A stretch of 60,723 bases of DNA from Candidatus Limnocylindrales bacterium (GCA_035760905.1 DASTSC010000150.1:1-60723), one strand, 5' to 3'; shown: positions 9,526 to 20,017, counted from the first letter of the stretch. Made by a program: numbers and translations. The notes: generated from the letters alone by a model not told the origin.

Positions 9526-11187
9526 TCAGGTTCCAGCCGGGATCTCGAGTTCGACCTCGAGTCGCGGGAAGAGCGGCTCGGGCGACGCGAAGCGGCCGTG
9601 CTCGGCGTCGTGGGCGCCCCAGCGCAGCTCGTCGGCGAGAGGCGGCCCGCCGTTCCCGTCGGGTCCGTACGGCCACTCGTGGCCCAGCTGGGCGAAGACA
9701 CGCGGCGCACTCGTCGGGATGAACGGGGACGCCGCGAGCGCGACGAGCCGGCACGCCTCGACGAGGTCGCCGAGGATCCCGCGTAACCGGACGAGGGCAT
9801 GCTCGTCGCCGGCCTTCGCCGCCTTCGCGATCGCCCACGGCTGCTCCGCGTCGACGAACCGGTTGGCGTCGCCCACGAAGTCCCACAGCGCGACGAGGGC
9901 GTCGTGGAGGAGGTAGCGCCCGAACCGGTCCTCGTACGTCCCGCGTGCTCGTCGCCAGGCCGCCGCCAGCGGTCCGTCGGGCGCGGCCACGGCCGGTCGG
10001 TCGCCCCCGAGGTAGCGGTTCGCCATCGAGACCGTCCGGTTGACGAGGTTGCCGAAGTCGTTCGCGAGATCGGCGTTGTAGCGCCGGACGAACGCGTCCC
10101 AGCTGACCTCCGCGTCGCGATCGAAGGGCACCTCGCGGAGGGCGACGTAGCGCGTTCCGTCGGTGCCGAGCGCGGCGACGACGTCGTTCGGGTCGAGCAT
10201 GTTGCCACGGCTCTTGCTCATCCGGTCGCCGCCGGCGGCGAGGAGCCAGCCGTGGACCCAGACCTTGCGCGGCAGCTCGAGACCAGCGCTCATGAGCATC
10301 GCCGGCCAGATGATCGTGTGGAAGCGGTTGATGTCCTTGCCGATGACGTGGAGGTCGGCCGGCCACCACCTCGCGAACTCCTCCGGATCGTCGGGGAAGC
10401 CGGCGCCGGTGATGTAGTTGATGAGGGCGTCGAACCAGACGTAGATGACGCCGGCGGCAGGGTCCGGCGAGCCGTCGGGCAGGACGGCGTCCGAGCCGTC
10501 CTCGCGGATCGGAAACGGGATCCCCCAGCTGAACGTCTCGCGGCTGATCGAGATGTCGTCGAGGCCGGCCCGGATGAAGGCGAGCATCTCGTTGCGGCGG
10601 TACTCGGGCTGGACCCACTCGGGATGTTCGTCGTAGTACGCGAGGAGCCGTTCGCCGTAGGCGGAGAGGCGGAAGAACCAGTTCCGCTCGGTCAGCCACT
10701 CGAGGGCGACGTCGGGATGGTTCGGGCAGTGGAAGCCGGAGGCGTCCTCGACGAGGTCCGACGGCGCCTTGAAGCCCTCGTTCGGGCAGTACCAGCCCTC
10801 GTACGTGCCGAGATAGACGTCGCCGCTGGCGTACGCCCGCCGGACCATCTCCTGGGACGCCCGGCGATGGTCGGGGTCGGTCGTCCGGATGAACCGGTCG
10901 GGCGAGATCGCGAGGGCGTCCTCGGCCGTCCGGAAGAGCCCCACCATCTCGTCGACGAACTGGCGCGTGTCCTTGCCGAGCTCGGCGGCGCGCTGGGCGA
11001 TGTTGACCGAGTGCTCGTCCGTGCCGGTCAGGAACCGGGTGTCGTCGCCGAGCATCCGGTGGTGCCGCGCGATCGCGTCGGCCCCGATCACCTCGTAGAG
11101 CGTGTGGAGCCCGGGGCGATTGTTCGGATAGGCGATCGCGGTGGTCAGGTAGAAGCGACGGCGGGCGCCGTCGGAGCGGTCGGACAT
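9526..11187 (-). CDS. metG: Methionyl-tRNA synthetase, short form without a C-terminal dimerisation domain
   Basis: 553-aa ORF containing FLTGTDEHS, WFDALINYITG and RMSKS (10210-10224). The HIGH position reads GLHT (11101-11112); see findings. Confidence 0.85.
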   Translation of the reverse strand: MSDRSDGARRRFYLTTAIAYPNNRPGLHTLYEVIGADAIARHHRMLGDDTRFLTGTDEHSVNIAQRAAELGKDTRQFVDEMVGLFRTAEDALAISPDRFIRTTDPDHRRASQEMVRRAYASGDVYLGTYEGWYCPNEGFKAPSDLVEDASGFHCPNHPDVALEWLTERNWFFRLSAYGERLLAYYDEHPEWVQPEYRRNEMLAFIRAGLDDISISRETFSWGIPFPIREDGSDAVLPDGSPDPAAGVIYVWFDALINYITGAGFPDDPEEFARWWPADLHVIGKDINRFHTIIWPAMLMSAGLELPRKVWVHGWLLAAGGDRMSKSRGNMLDPNDVVAALGTDGTRYVALREVPFDRDAEVSWDAFVRRYNADLANDFGNLVNRTVSMANRYLGGDRPAVAAPDGPLAAAWRRARGTYEDRFGRYLLHDALVALWDFVGDANRFVDAEQPWAIAKAAKAGDEHALVRLRGILGDLVEACRLVALAASPFIPTSAPRVFAQLGHEWPYGPDGNGGPPLADELRWGAHDAEHGRFASPEPLFPRLEVELEIPAGT

Positions 11188-11248
11188 CGGAGGGCGATCC
11201 TAGCGTGCCGGCCCGGACGCGCGGGTGGATCGGCGCGTGGGAGAGCCG

Positions 11249-11695
11249 TCAGCGGATCGGGCCGTGGCCGCCGCTCTCCACCCAGCGCGATCGCCACTCG
11301 GGCGCCGCGAACGGCGGAGCCCAGTAGACGATCTCCCGGAAGACACGCCCGTCGCGCAGCTCGAGGAGCGTGACGCAGTGGTAGTCGACCCCGTCGGGAT
11401 AGCCCATCCGGAACTCGGCCCACCAGTACTCGCCGGACCCCACGACGCGCATGACCGTGTTCGACGGCGTGATGCTCCAGCGATCCTCGGCCCCGGTCAC
11501 CCGCTCGAGCTCGATCGTCGGGTAGCCGCCCGGATACGCGTCCTGGATCGCGCGGAAGCGCTCGCTGCCCCGGACGCGCTCGCCCGACTGCGGCCACTCG
11601 GCCGTCCAGTCCCGATGGCGGAGGCGGTCCTCGGTCGCGCGGTCGAGCTCGGTGACCGCACGGATGTACGCCCGGACGAGCTCCTCGTTCGTCAT
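11249..11695 (-). CDS. NTF2-like / SnoaL-like (ketosteroid-isomerase fold) protein
   Basis: 148-aa ORF with a strong SD (GAGGAGGAGG) upstream of the ATG. The sequence pattern (MTNEELVRAYIRAV...VTLLELRDGRVFREIVYW) is typical of SnoaL/NTF2-like domains. The function is unknown. Confidence 0.55.
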   Translation of the reverse strand: MTNEELVRAYIRAVTELDRATEDRLRHRDWTAEWPQSGERVRGSERFRAIQDAYPGGYPTIELERVTGAEDRWSITPSNTVMRVVGSGEYWWAEFRMGYPDGVDYHCVTLLELRDGRVFREIVYWAPPFAAPEWRSRWVESGGHGPIR

Positions 11696-11756
11696 CGTGA
11701 CTGCCTCCTCCTCAGGCGGCGAATTGTCGGGGACAGGGCCGGGGCGTCAAGCGAGG

Positions 11757-14018
11757 TCAGTGCCGGAAGTGGCGGCGGGCGGTCACGAGCATCGCCGCGC
11801 CGGCCCCGTCCGCCGCGGCGATCACCTCGGCGTCGCGGACCGAGCCGCCCGGCTGGACGAACGCGGTCACGCCGGCCGCGAGACAGGCCTCGACGGCGTC
11901 GGGGAACGGGAAGAACGCGTCCGACGCGCACGCGGCCCCGCGGAGCGATTCCTCGCCCGAGATCGCGCGGGCCTTCTCCACCGCCTGGCGGGCGGCGTCG
12001 ACGCGGCTCGTCTGGCCCGACCCGAGCCCGATCAGGCGGCCGTCGCGAACGAGCGCGATCGCGTTCGAGCTCGCGATCCGGACCGCTCGCCAGGCGAGGT
12101 CGAGGTCGCGCCGTTCGTCCTCGCTCGGCTGGCGGCGGGTCACGACGGGCCACTCGGTCGGGTCGTCCGGCAGGTCGTCCGGCGCGCCGACGAGGACCGC
12201 GCCGCCCGCGGTCCGCAACGTCCCGTCGTCGTCGACCCGGAGGAGACCACGAGCCGTCGTCGCGGGCACGCCGGTCGCGAGGTACGGATCGACGACGAGG
12301 CGGAGGTTCGGCTTCCCGACGAGGACCTCACGAGCGTCGGCGTCGAACGCGGGCGCGGCCACGATCTCGAGGAAGATCGAGGCGAGGGCCTCGGCCACCC
12401 CGCGGTCGACGGTCCGGGTGAGCGCCACGACACCGCCGTAGGCGGACACCGGATCGCCCGACAGCGCCGCCAGCCAGGCTTCGAGCGGCGTGTCCCGCTC
12501 GGCGGCGCCGCACGGGTTCGTGTGCTTGACGACGACCGCGGCGGGTCCGCGGAGCAGCCGGCCGAGCGCGACCGCCGCCGAGGCGTCGAGGACGTTGTTG
12601 TAGCTGAGCGGCTTGCCCTGGAGGGGCAGCTCACCGGTCGCGAACGGGCCGTCGAGGACCGTCGCGCCGGGGCGGCGGTAGCGTGCCGCCGGCTGGTGGG
12701 GGTTCTCACCGTAGCGGAGCGTCTCGACCTTCTCGAGGCCGATCACGAGCGTCGGCGGGTACGGATCGGGCGCGCCCGGGAGCCCGGGCTCGGGCGGCAG
12801 CACGACCCCCGCATCGTGCTCGCGACATGGCAGCTCCTCGGCGATCCGCGCGTCGTAGGCGGCCGTGTGGGCGAACGCCTCGACGGCGAGGGCGGCCCGC
12901 AGACCGTCGGGGACGCCCCCGGGCTCGGCGAGCGCGGCGAGCACGGCGTCGTAGCGCGCGGCCGACGTGACGACCGTGATGCCGCCACGGTGGTTCTTCG
13001 CCGCGGCCCGGACGAGCGTCGGCCCGCCGATGTCGATCTCCTCGACGAGCCCATCGAGATCGAGGCCCGGTCGCTCGAGCGCGGCCGCGAACGGGTACAG
13101 GTTGACCGCGACGAGGTCGAACGGCTCGATGCCCGCGGCCGCGATCGCCCGGCGATGGTCCGGCCGCCGGCCGTCGGCGAGGATGCCGCCGTGAAGTCGG
13201 GGGTGGAGCGTCTTGATCCGGCCGTCGAGGAGCTCGGGGAAGCCGGTCACCGCGCTCACGTCCGTCACCTCGAGGCCGGCGTCGCGGAGCGCGCGGGCGG
13301 TGCCGCCGGTCGAGACGAGCTCGAAGCCAAGCTCGGCGAGGCCGGCCGCGAACGGCACGAGACCGGTCTTGTCGGAGACCGACAGGAGCGCGCGGCGCGG
13401 TCGCGACATCCCGGCGTCGTCCGCCCGCCCGGCGTCGATCCGGACACGGCGTCCGCCGGGCTCGACCGACACGGCGCCGGCGAGCACGAGGCCGACGGCA
13501 CGCGGGACGAGCCGCCGCTCGACCGCCTTGATCCGCTCGTGGAGGGCCGCCTCGTCGTCGTCGGGCGCGATCGCCACCGGCTCCTGGACGAGAATCGGAC
13601 CTCCGTCGAGGGTCGCGTCGACGAGGTGGACCGTCGCACCCGTCACCGCCGCGCCGTGGGCGAGCGCGTCGCGAACGGCATGGGCGCCCGGGAACGCCGG
13701 CAGGAGCGACGGATGGGTGTTGAGGATCCGCCCCGGGAACGCGGCCAGCGTTCGCGGCCCGACGAAGCGCATGTAGCCGGCGAGGACGACGAGGCTCGCC
13801 TCCGACTCGGCGAGCGCCGTCGCGAGATCGTCGTCCCGCCCGCCGGCCACGAGTCGCGTCGCGATCCCCTGTCCGGCGGCCCACTCCAGCCCGGGGCACG
13901 GCCGGTCCGCGAAGACGAGCCCGACGTCCGCCCGGACGGCGCCGCGTCGGGCCGCCGCCACGAGGGCGCGCAGGATCGAGCCGCCGCCCGAGACGCCGAC
14001 CGCGATCCGGGTCGTCAC
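11757..14018 (-). CDS. purNH: Predicted PurN-PurH fusion combining GAR transformylase, IMP cyclohydrolase and AICAR transformylase
   Basis: Lies in ORF 11757..14888. GTG at 14018 overlaps the purM stop (GTGA). The PurN part includes RILNTHPSLLPAFPG and HLVDATLDGGPIL. There is no stop; the frame reads ...RVRIDAGRADDAG-MSRPRRALLSVSDKTGLV... into a full PurH (ATG at 13409, ending ...MLVTARRHFRH at 11757). I translated the junction codon by codon. Confidence 0.8.
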   Translation of the reverse strand: MTTRIAVGVSGGGSILRALVAAARRGAVRADVGLVFADRPCPGLEWAAGQGIATRLVAGGRDDDLATALAESEASLVVLAGYMRFVGPRTLAAFPGRILNTHPSLLPAFPGAHAVRDALAHGAAVTGATVHLVDATLDGGPILVQEPVAIAPDDDEAALHERIKAVERRLVPRAVGLVLAGAVSVEPGGRRVRIDAGRADDAGMSRPRRALLSVSDKTGLVPFAAGLAELGFELVSTGGTARALRDAGLEVTDVSAVTGFPELLDGRIKTLHPRLHGGILADGRRPDHRRAIAAAGIEPFDLVAVNLYPFAAALERPGLDLDGLVEEIDIGGPTLVRAAAKNHRGGITVVTSAARYDAVLAALAEPGGVPDGLRAALAVEAFAHTAAYDARIAEELPCREHDAGVVLPPEPGLPGAPDPYPPTLVIGLEKVETLRYGENPHQPAARYRRPGATVLDGPFATGELPLQGKPLSYNNVLDASAAVALGRLLRGPAAVVVKHTNPCGAAERDTPLEAWLAALSGDPVSAYGGVVALTRTVDRGVAEALASIFLEIVAAPAFDADAREVLVGKPNLRLVVDPYLATGVPATTARGLLRVDDDGTLRTAGGAVLVGAPDDLPDDPTEWPVVTRRQPSEDERRDLDLAWRAVRIASSNAIALVRDGRLIGLGSGQTSRVDAARQAVEKARAISGEESLRGAACASDAFFPFPDAVEACLAAGVTAFVQPGGSVRDAEVIAAADGAGAAMLVTARRHFRH

Positions 14019-15157
14019 GGCACCGACTCCAGCCTCCCCTCGGCGTATCGCTCGGCCCCGAGGCGATCCGCGTCGACGACCTCGCCGACGACGGCGGCGG
14101 CGATCCCGCGGCCGGCCAGGAACGACGTCGCCGCCGACGCGGCACCCGGCGGCAGCACGATGACGAGCCCGAGACCGCCGTTGAACGTCGCCCGCAGCTC
14201 GGCGTCGTCGAGGCCGCCGAGCGCCCCGATGAGCCGGAGCTCCGACGGCATCGTCCAGCGGCCCGGGTCGAGCCGCGCACCGAGGCCGGGCGGCAGCGCC
14301 CGCGGGACGTTGCCCGGCAGGCCGCCGCCGGTGACGTGGGCAATGCCGTGGAGGTCCTCGCCGGCCGCCCGGACGACCGCTCGAAGCGCGAGCACGTCGC
14401 GAGCGTAGATCCGCGTCGGCGTCAGCAGGACGTCGCCGACCGTGGCGAGGGTCCGGGCCGGCTCGGCGGCGAGGACCAGGTCGGTCGCCCCGTCGCCGAG
14501 CGACCGGCGGAGCTGTTCCTGGTAGGGCCGGTCGAAGGGCACGTCCCACTCCGCGACGAGCGAGCGGACGAGCGAGAAGCCGTTCGCGTGGAGCCCCGAT
14601 GCCGGGAGGCCGACGACGAGGTCGCCGGCCCGGACCGCCGCTCCGTCGAGCAGGTCGTCGCGATCGGCGACGCCGATGCAGCAGCCCGACAGATCGAACT
14701 CGTCGGGCTCCATGACGCCCGGATGCTCGGCCGTCTCGCCGCCGACGAGGGCGCAGCCGGCGAGCCGGCAGCCCTCGGCGACGCCCGAGACGAGCTCGGC
14801 GACCTGGGGCGGATCGACCCGACCCACCGCGACGTAGTCGAGCAGCGCGATCGGCTCGGCCCCGAGGCAGAGGACGTCGTCGGCGCACATCGCCACGAGG
14901 TCGATCCCGAGCGTGTCGAAGCGGCCGATCGCCCGGGCGATCGCAGTCTTCGTCCCGACGCCGTCCGTCGACGCGACGACGACCGGGTCGCGGAGACCAC
15001 TCGGGAGCCGGAACGCGGCGGCGAACCCGCCGAGACCGTCGATCACCTCGGCCCGGCGGGTCGACTCGACGGCCGAGCGGATCAGCTCGACGGCGGTCTC
15101 GCCGGCGGCGACGTCGACACCGGCCGCGGCATAGGCCGTCCGGCGCGGGCCGCTCAT
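14015..15157 (-). CDS. purM: Phosphoribosylformylglycinamidine cyclo-ligase (AIR synthetase)
   Basis: Lies in ORF 14015..17155. ATG at 15157 overlaps the purF stop (ATGA). The sequence MSGPRRTAYAAAGVDV...VASTDGVGTK...HVTGGGL matches PurM. Confidence 0.9.
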   Translation of the reverse strand: MSGPRRTAYAAAGVDVAAGETAVELIRSAVESTRRAEVIDGLGGFAAAFRLPSGLRDPVVVASTDGVGTKTAIARAIGRFDTLGIDLVAMCADDVLCLGAEPIALLDYVAVGRVDPPQVAELVSGVAEGCRLAGCALVGGETAEHPGVMEPDEFDLSGCCIGVADRDDLLDGAAVRAGDLVVGLPASGLHANGFSLVRSLVAEWDVPFDRPYQEQLRRSLGDGATDLVLAAEPARTLATVGDVLLTPTRIYARDVLALRAVVRAAGEDLHGIAHVTGGGLPGNVPRALPPGLGARLDPGRWTMPSELRLIGALGGLDDAELRATFNGGLGLVIVLPPGAASAATSFLAGRGIAAAVVGEVVDADRLGAERYAEGRLESVP

Positions 15158-16605
15158 CTCGCCGCGCCCACGGCGTCCGGTGGGCGTTGTTCCTCCAGGG
15201 CGAACTTCCGCGCGCCGGGGTCGTACGGCACGGGCACGGGGTAGCGCCCGTCGAAGCAGGCGAAGCAGAAGCGCTCGTAGGGCAGCTCGAGCGCCGAGAG
15301 GACGCCGCGGATCGAGAGGTAGCCGAGCGAGTCGGCGCCGATGAAGTCGCGGATCTCGTCGACCGACTGCGTCGCGGCGATCAGCTCGGTCTCGATCTGG
15401 GTGTCGATGCCGTAGAAGCAGGGGTGGTGGATCGGCGGAGCGCTGATCCGGACGTGGACCTCGGCCGCGCCGGCCCGCCGGAGGAGGCCGACGATCTGCT
15501 TCGTCGTCGTGCCCCGGACGATCGAATCGTCGACGACGACGAGCCGCCTGCCGCGGACGACTTCCCGGAGCGGCGAGAGCTTCACGTTCACGCCCCGCTG
15601 GCGCATCCCCTGGCTGGGCTGGATGAACGTCCGGCCGCTGTAGCGGTTGCGAACCATGCCCTCGCGGTACGGGATCCCGGAGGCCTCGGCGTAGCCCGCC
15701 GCGGCCGGGGCGCCGGTGTCGGGAACGGGCATGACGAGGTCGGCGTCGACCGGATGCTCGGCGGCCAGCTCGATCCCCATCCGCCGCCGGGCCTCGTAGA
15801 GGTTCCGGCCCTCGAGGTACGAGTCGGGGCGGGCGAAGTAGATGAGCTCGAACACGCAGAGCGCCGGCGTGGGCTCGGCGAAGCGGATCGACCGGGGCGG
15901 CCGGCCCGCCTCGAGGACGACGATCTCGCCCGGTTCCACGTCGCGAACGACGTCGGCGCCGACGACGTCGAGCGCGGCGGTCTCGGACGCGAGCAGCCAG
16001 CCGGCCGTCGTGTCGTCGTCCGGTCCGGCCGGCGGCGAGAGCCGGCCGAGGACGAGCGGCCGGAAGCCATGGGGGTCGCGGACGCCGATGACGCGGTGCG
16101 CATCGAGGACGACGAGGCTGTAGGCGCCGCGGACCTCGGGCAGGACCCGCAGCAGCGCCTCGACGGTGTCGCCGTCGGAGGCGTCGGCGAGGAGCGCCGT
16201 CAGCAGCTCCGTATCGGTCGTCGCCGGCAGCCGGGCGCGGCCGCCGGACAGGAGGCCGAGCAGCTCGCGCGTGTTCACGAGGTTGCCGTTGTGGCCGATC
16301 GCGAGGCCGTGGCCGCGACCCACGCGGAGCGTCGGCTGGGCGTTCTCCCAGACCGTCGAGCCGGTCGTCGAGTAGCGGCAGTGGGCGATCGCCAGCGGGC
16401 CGCGGAACGAGGGCAGTCGGTGCTCGTCGAGCACGCTCGAGACGAGCCCGAGGTCCTTGTAGACCATCAGCTCGCGTCCGTCGCTGACCGCGACGCCGGC
16501 CGACTCCTGGCCCCGGTGCTGGAGGGCGAACAGCCCGAGCGCCGCGAGACCGGCGGCATCCTGGTCGAACGACTCGGGCAGCGCGGCTCCGAACACGCCG
16601 CACAT
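15154..16605 (-). CDS. purF: Amidophosphoribosyltransferase
   Basis: Lies in ORF 15154..17643. The start is MCGVFG (catalytic Cys2). The PRPP loop VVVDDSIVRGTT and the C-terminal Cys ligands (HPCFYGID, CFACFDGRYP) are present. The ATG shares one nucleotide with the purL stop. Confidence 0.9.
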   Translation of the reverse strand: MCGVFGAALPESFDQDAAGLAALGLFALQHRGQESAGVAVSDGRELMVYKDLGLVSSVLDEHRLPSFRGPLAIAHCRYSTTGSTVWENAQPTLRVGRGHGLAIGHNGNLVNTRELLGLLSGGRARLPATTDTELLTALLADASDGDTVEALLRVLPEVRGAYSLVVLDAHRVIGVRDPHGFRPLVLGRLSPPAGPDDDTTAGWLLASETAALDVVGADVVRDVEPGEIVVLEAGRPPRSIRFAEPTPALCVFELIYFARPDSYLEGRNLYEARRRMGIELAAEHPVDADLVMPVPDTGAPAAAGYAEASGIPYREGMVRNRYSGRTFIQPSQGMRQRGVNVKLSPLREVVRGRRLVVVDDSIVRGTTTKQIVGLLRRAGAAEVHVRISAPPIHHPCFYGIDTQIETELIAATQSVDEIRDFIGADSLGYLSIRGVLSALELPYERFCFACFDGRYPVPVPYDPGARKFALEEQRPPDAVGAAR

Positions 16606-18968
16606 CAGCCCGGCTCCGAGGCGAGGTCGTCGCCGGTATCGAGACCGAGCGCGCGCGGCAGGCCGGCCTCCCAGGCATGGGCGAGATCGGCGACCGCGAC
16701 GTCGAGGGCGTCGGCGATCCGGCCGCCGCGCTCCTCGGCCGCGCCCGTCGCGCCGGCCGCGGCGAGATCGATCCTGAGTCGGCGGCCACCGACCCGCCCC
16801 ATCTCCGCGGTCGGGAGGCCGTGCCCGACTGCCAGCTCCACCACCGCGTCGACGTCGGAGGGGCGGACGGTGACGATCGCCCGCGACGGGCTCTCGCCGA
16901 ACAGCTCGACCGCGGGAGCGTGCGTCGCCTGGAGCCGCACGTCGGCTCCTCGCCCGCCCCAGATCGCCATCTCCGCCAGGGCGATCGCCACCCCGCCGGC
17001 GGAGACGTCCTGGGCCGCCGTGAGCAGCCGGCGCCGAGCGGCCGCGACGAGGAACGCCTGGAGCGCCCGCTCGCGCTCGAGGTCGAGCGAGGGCGGATCG
17101 TCGTCGGCCGCGGCGCCCGCGAGCCGGGCGTACTCGCTGCCCGCCAGGCCCGCACCGACCTCGCCGAGGAGCAGGATCACGTCGCCGTCCGCCGCGAAGC
17201 CGGGACCCACGCGGTCGTCGAGGTCGTCGAGGAGGCCGACGACGCCGATCTCGGGCGTCGGCAGGATGGTGCCGGCGGAGCTCTCGTTGTAGAGCGAGAC
17301 GTTGCCGCCGGTCACGGGCAGGCCGAGCGCCCGGCAGGCGTCGCCGAGGCCGCGGACGGCCTCGGACAGCTGCCAGAACGCCTCCGGCCGGGTCGGGTCG
17401 CCGAAGTTCAGGCAGTTCGTGACGCCGAGGGACCGTGCCCCGGTGATCGCGACGTTGCGCGTCGCCTCGGCCACCGAGAGCGCGGCGCCGAGCCAGGGGT
17501 CGAGCGCGCCGATCGGGGCGACGGCGTCGGTGGATGCGACGAGCACCTTGCGCGTTCCGTTGACCCGGACGACCGCCGCGCCCCGGCCCGGTCCCGCGAT
17601 CGTTGCCGCGCCGACGTTCCAGTCGTACTGCTCGAAGACCCACCGACGGCTGGCCAGGTTCGGTCGGCCGAGGAGCGCGGCGAGGACGGCGCCCGGGTCC
17701 ATCCCGCGTTCCGGCAGGACGTCGGCGACGGCCGGAGGAGCGCCGGCCGGCTCGCCGGGAGCCGGCGCCGCCCGCCGCCGCGTCGGCGCGAGCGCGAGCC
17801 GGTGGTGGACGATCGCGTCGGAGGCGAGCGCGCGGGCCGGGATCCGGGCGAGGATCGCCGCGCCAGGCGCGGGCCGGCCATCGGGCTCGATGCCGCCGGC
17901 GACGACCGTGACGTCGGCGTCGTCGGTCACTCGGCCGACGACCGCGACTGGCAGGCCCCAGCGCTCGCAGACCTCGCGGACGGCGTCCCAGCGCTCGGGC
18001 CGGACGATCGCGAGCATCCGCTCCTGCGACTCCGAGATCATGACCTCGAACGGCTCGAGGCCGGGCTCACGTCGCGGGATCGCGTCGAGGTCGACGGCGA
18101 TCCCGGTCCCGGAGCGGTCGGCGGTCTCCGACACCGCGCAGGTGATCCCGGCCGCGCCGAGGTCCTGGAGGCCCTCGACGAGCCCGCGCTCGACGAGCTC
18201 GAGCGACGCCTCGATGAGGAGCTTCTCGGCAAAGGGGTCGCCGACCTGGACCGACGGCCGGCGCGACGGCGCATCGGCCCCGAAGGTGGCGCTCGCGAGG
18301 ACGGACGCGCCGCCGATGCCATCCCGGCCCGTCGTCGAGCCGTAGAGCACGACGAGGTTGCCGGGCCCCGGCGCCGCGGCGTGGGTCAGCCGCGCCTCGT
18401 CGAGCAGGCCGATCGCCATGACGTTGACGAGCGGGTTGCCCTCGTAGGCCGGATCGAAGACGAGCTCGCCACCGACCGTCGGCACGCCGACGCAGTTGCC
18501 GTAGCCGCCGACGCCCCGGACGACGCCGTCGACGAGGCGCCGGGTCCGCGGCGAGGCGGGGTCCCCGAAACGGAGCGCGTCGAGGACGGCGATCGGCCGC
18601 GCACCCATCGCGAAGATGTCGCGGAGGATGCCGCCGACGCCGGTCATCGCGCCCTGGACCGGCTCGACCGCCGAGGGGTGGTTGTGCGATTCGATCTTGA
18701 AGGCGACCGCGAGGCCGTCGCCGATCGACACCGCCCCGGCGCTCTCCCCCGGACCGGCCACCAGGCCCTCGCCGGTCGTGGGCAGGGTCCGCAGGAGCGG
18801 CCGCGAGCTCTTGTACGAGCAGTGCTCGCTCCACATCACGCTGAACATCGCCAGCTCGAGGTCGTTGGGCTCGCGGGCGAGGCGGTCGCGGATCGCCTCG
18901 AGCTCGCCGTCGGTCAGCCCCAGGACCCGGTGGAGCGGCTCCGTCGGGCGTTCGACGGTTGCGGTCAT
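16605..18968 (-). CDS. purL: Phosphoribosylformylglycinamidine synthase subunit PurL
   Basis: 787-aa ORF containing ...[15 protein letters not shown]... and ...[11 protein letters not shown]..., the classic small-PurL motifs. Confidence 0.9.
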   Translation of the reverse strand: MTATVERPTEPLHRVLGLTDGELEAIRDRLAREPNDLELAMFSVMWSEHCSYKSSRPLLRTLPTTGEGLVAGPGESAGAVSIGDGLAVAFKIESHNHPSAVEPVQGAMTGVGGILRDIFAMGARPIAVLDALRFGDPASPRTRRLVDGVVRGVGGYGNCVGVPTVGGELVFDPAYEGNPLVNVMAIGLLDEARLTHAAAPGPGNLVVLYGSTTGRDGIGGASVLASATFGADAPSRRPSVQVGDPFAEKLLIEASLELVERGLVEGLQDLGAAGITCAVSETADRSGTGIAVDLDAIPRREPGLEPFEVMISESQERMLAIVRPERWDAVREVCERWGLPVAVVGRVTDDADVTVVAGGIEPDGRPAPGAAILARIPARALASDAIVHHRLALAPTRRRAAPAPGEPAGAPPAVADVLPERGMDPGAVLAALLGRPNLASRRWVFEQYDWNVGAATIAGPGRGAAVVRVNGTRKVLVASTDAVAPIGALDPWLGAALSVAEATRNVAITGARSLGVTNCLNFGDPTRPEAFWQLSEAVRGLGDACRALGLPVTGGNVSLYNESSAGTILPTPEIGVVGLLDDLDDRVGPGFAADGDVILLLGEVGAGLAGSEYARLAGAAADDDPPSLDLERERALQAFLVAAARRRLLTAAQDVSAGGVAIALAEMAIWGGRGADVRLQATHAPAVELFGESPSRAIVTVRPSDVDAVVELAVGHGLPTAEMGRVGGRRLRIDLAAAGATGAAEERGGRIADALDVAVADLAHAWEAGLPRALGLDTGDDLASEPG

Positions 18969-19711
18969 CGGGCCGCCACGAGCGTCGGCCCCGCCCCGGC
19001 GCGCCGGGCGGCGGCGGACTCGACGAGCGAGCGGATGATGCCGAGCCCGTCGTCGGAGCCGAGGACCCTCTCGACCGCCGTCTCGGGATGGGGCATGAGG
19101 CCGGCGACGTTGCCGGCCGCGTTGAGGACCCCGGCGATCCCACGGAGCGAGCCGTTCGGGTTCGCGGCGTCGTCGGCTCCCTCGACCGCCGTGCCGTCCG
19201 GACGGGCGTACCGGAAGAGCACCCGGCCGTCCCGTTCGAGCCCGTCGAGCGTGGCCTCGTCGGCGTAGAAGCAGCCCTCGCCGTGCGCGACCGGCATCCG
19301 CAGCGGACGCCGGGCGTCGAGCGCGCAGGTGAACGGCGTATCGAGCCGCTCGGGCAGGATCGCGACCTCGCGGCAGACGAAGCGGAGCGAGCGGTTGCGG
19401 AGGAGCGCGCCCGGGACCAGGCCGGCCTCGGCGAGGACCTGGAACCCGTTGCAGATCCCGAGCACGAGCCCGCCGTCCGCGGCAAACGCCGCCACGGCCC
19501 GCATGACCGGGCTGAACCGGGCGATGACGCCTGCCCGGAGGTAATCGCCGTAGGCGAAGCCACCCGGCAGGATGACGGCGTCCGCGCCCTCGAGCGAGGC
19601 CTGCTCGTGCCAGAGGCGGACCGGCTCGGCGTCGGCGACGCGGAGCGCGTTGATCGCGTCGACGTCACGGTTCGAGCCGGGGAAGACGACGACGCCGACG
19701 CGCGCCGTCAC
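18965..19711 (-). CDS. purQ: Phosphoribosylformylglycinamidine synthase glutaminase subunit PurQ
   Basis: 248-aa ORF with GTG at 19711 overlapping the purS stop. It contains GICNGFQ (catalytic Cys) and MPHPE. Confidence 0.9.
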   Translation of the reverse strand: MTARVGVVVFPGSNRDVDAINALRVADAEPVRLWHEQASLEGADAVILPGGFAYGDYLRAGVIARFSPVMRAVAAFAADGGLVLGICNGFQVLAEAGLVPGALLRNRSLRFVCREVAILPERLDTPFTCALDARRPLRMPVAHGEGCFYADEATLDGLERDGRVLFRYARPDGTAVEGADDAANPNGSLRGIAGVLNAAGNVAGLMPHPETAVERVLGSDDGLGIIRSLVESAAARRAGAGPTLVAAR

Positions 19712-20004
19712 GCTGGCGCTCCCGAATCGACGGAGCTCGTCGCCCCGATCTCCTCGACCACCCAGGCCTCGATGAGCGGGTTCGCGAGGAGCTCGGAGGC
19801 GAGCCGGTCGACGACCGCCCTCGCCGCGGCGGCATCGCTCGCCGCGACGGTCAGCTCGACCCGCCGACCGACCCGGACACCGCTCACGCCGTCGATCGCG
19901 AGGTGGCCGAGCGCGCCCTCGACCGCGCGGCCCTGCGGGTCGAGGATGCCGGGCTTCGGGGTGACGTTGACGGCGAACCGGAACGTCGCCGAGGGCGGGC
20001 TCAT
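19708..20004 (-). CDS. purS: Phosphoribosylformylglycinamidine synthase subunit PurS
   Basis: 98-aa ORF lying between purC and purQ. The PKPGILDPQG motif is present. Confidence 0.85.
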   Translation of the reverse strand: MSPPSATFRFAVNVTPKPGILDPQGRAVEGALGHLAIDGVSGVRVGRRVELTVAASDAAAARAVVDRLASELLANPLIEAWVVEEIGATSSVDSGAPA

Positions 20005-20017
20005 CGGGTCCGATCCA

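Noticed and set aside
14019-14888. The N-terminal 290 aa of track ORF 11757..14888, which would make an even longer 1043-aa PurN/PurH protein.
   Set aside because: That part is an Arg-rich out-of-frame read through purM. PurN homology begins exactly at GTG 14018, which forms a GTGA overlap with the purM stop.
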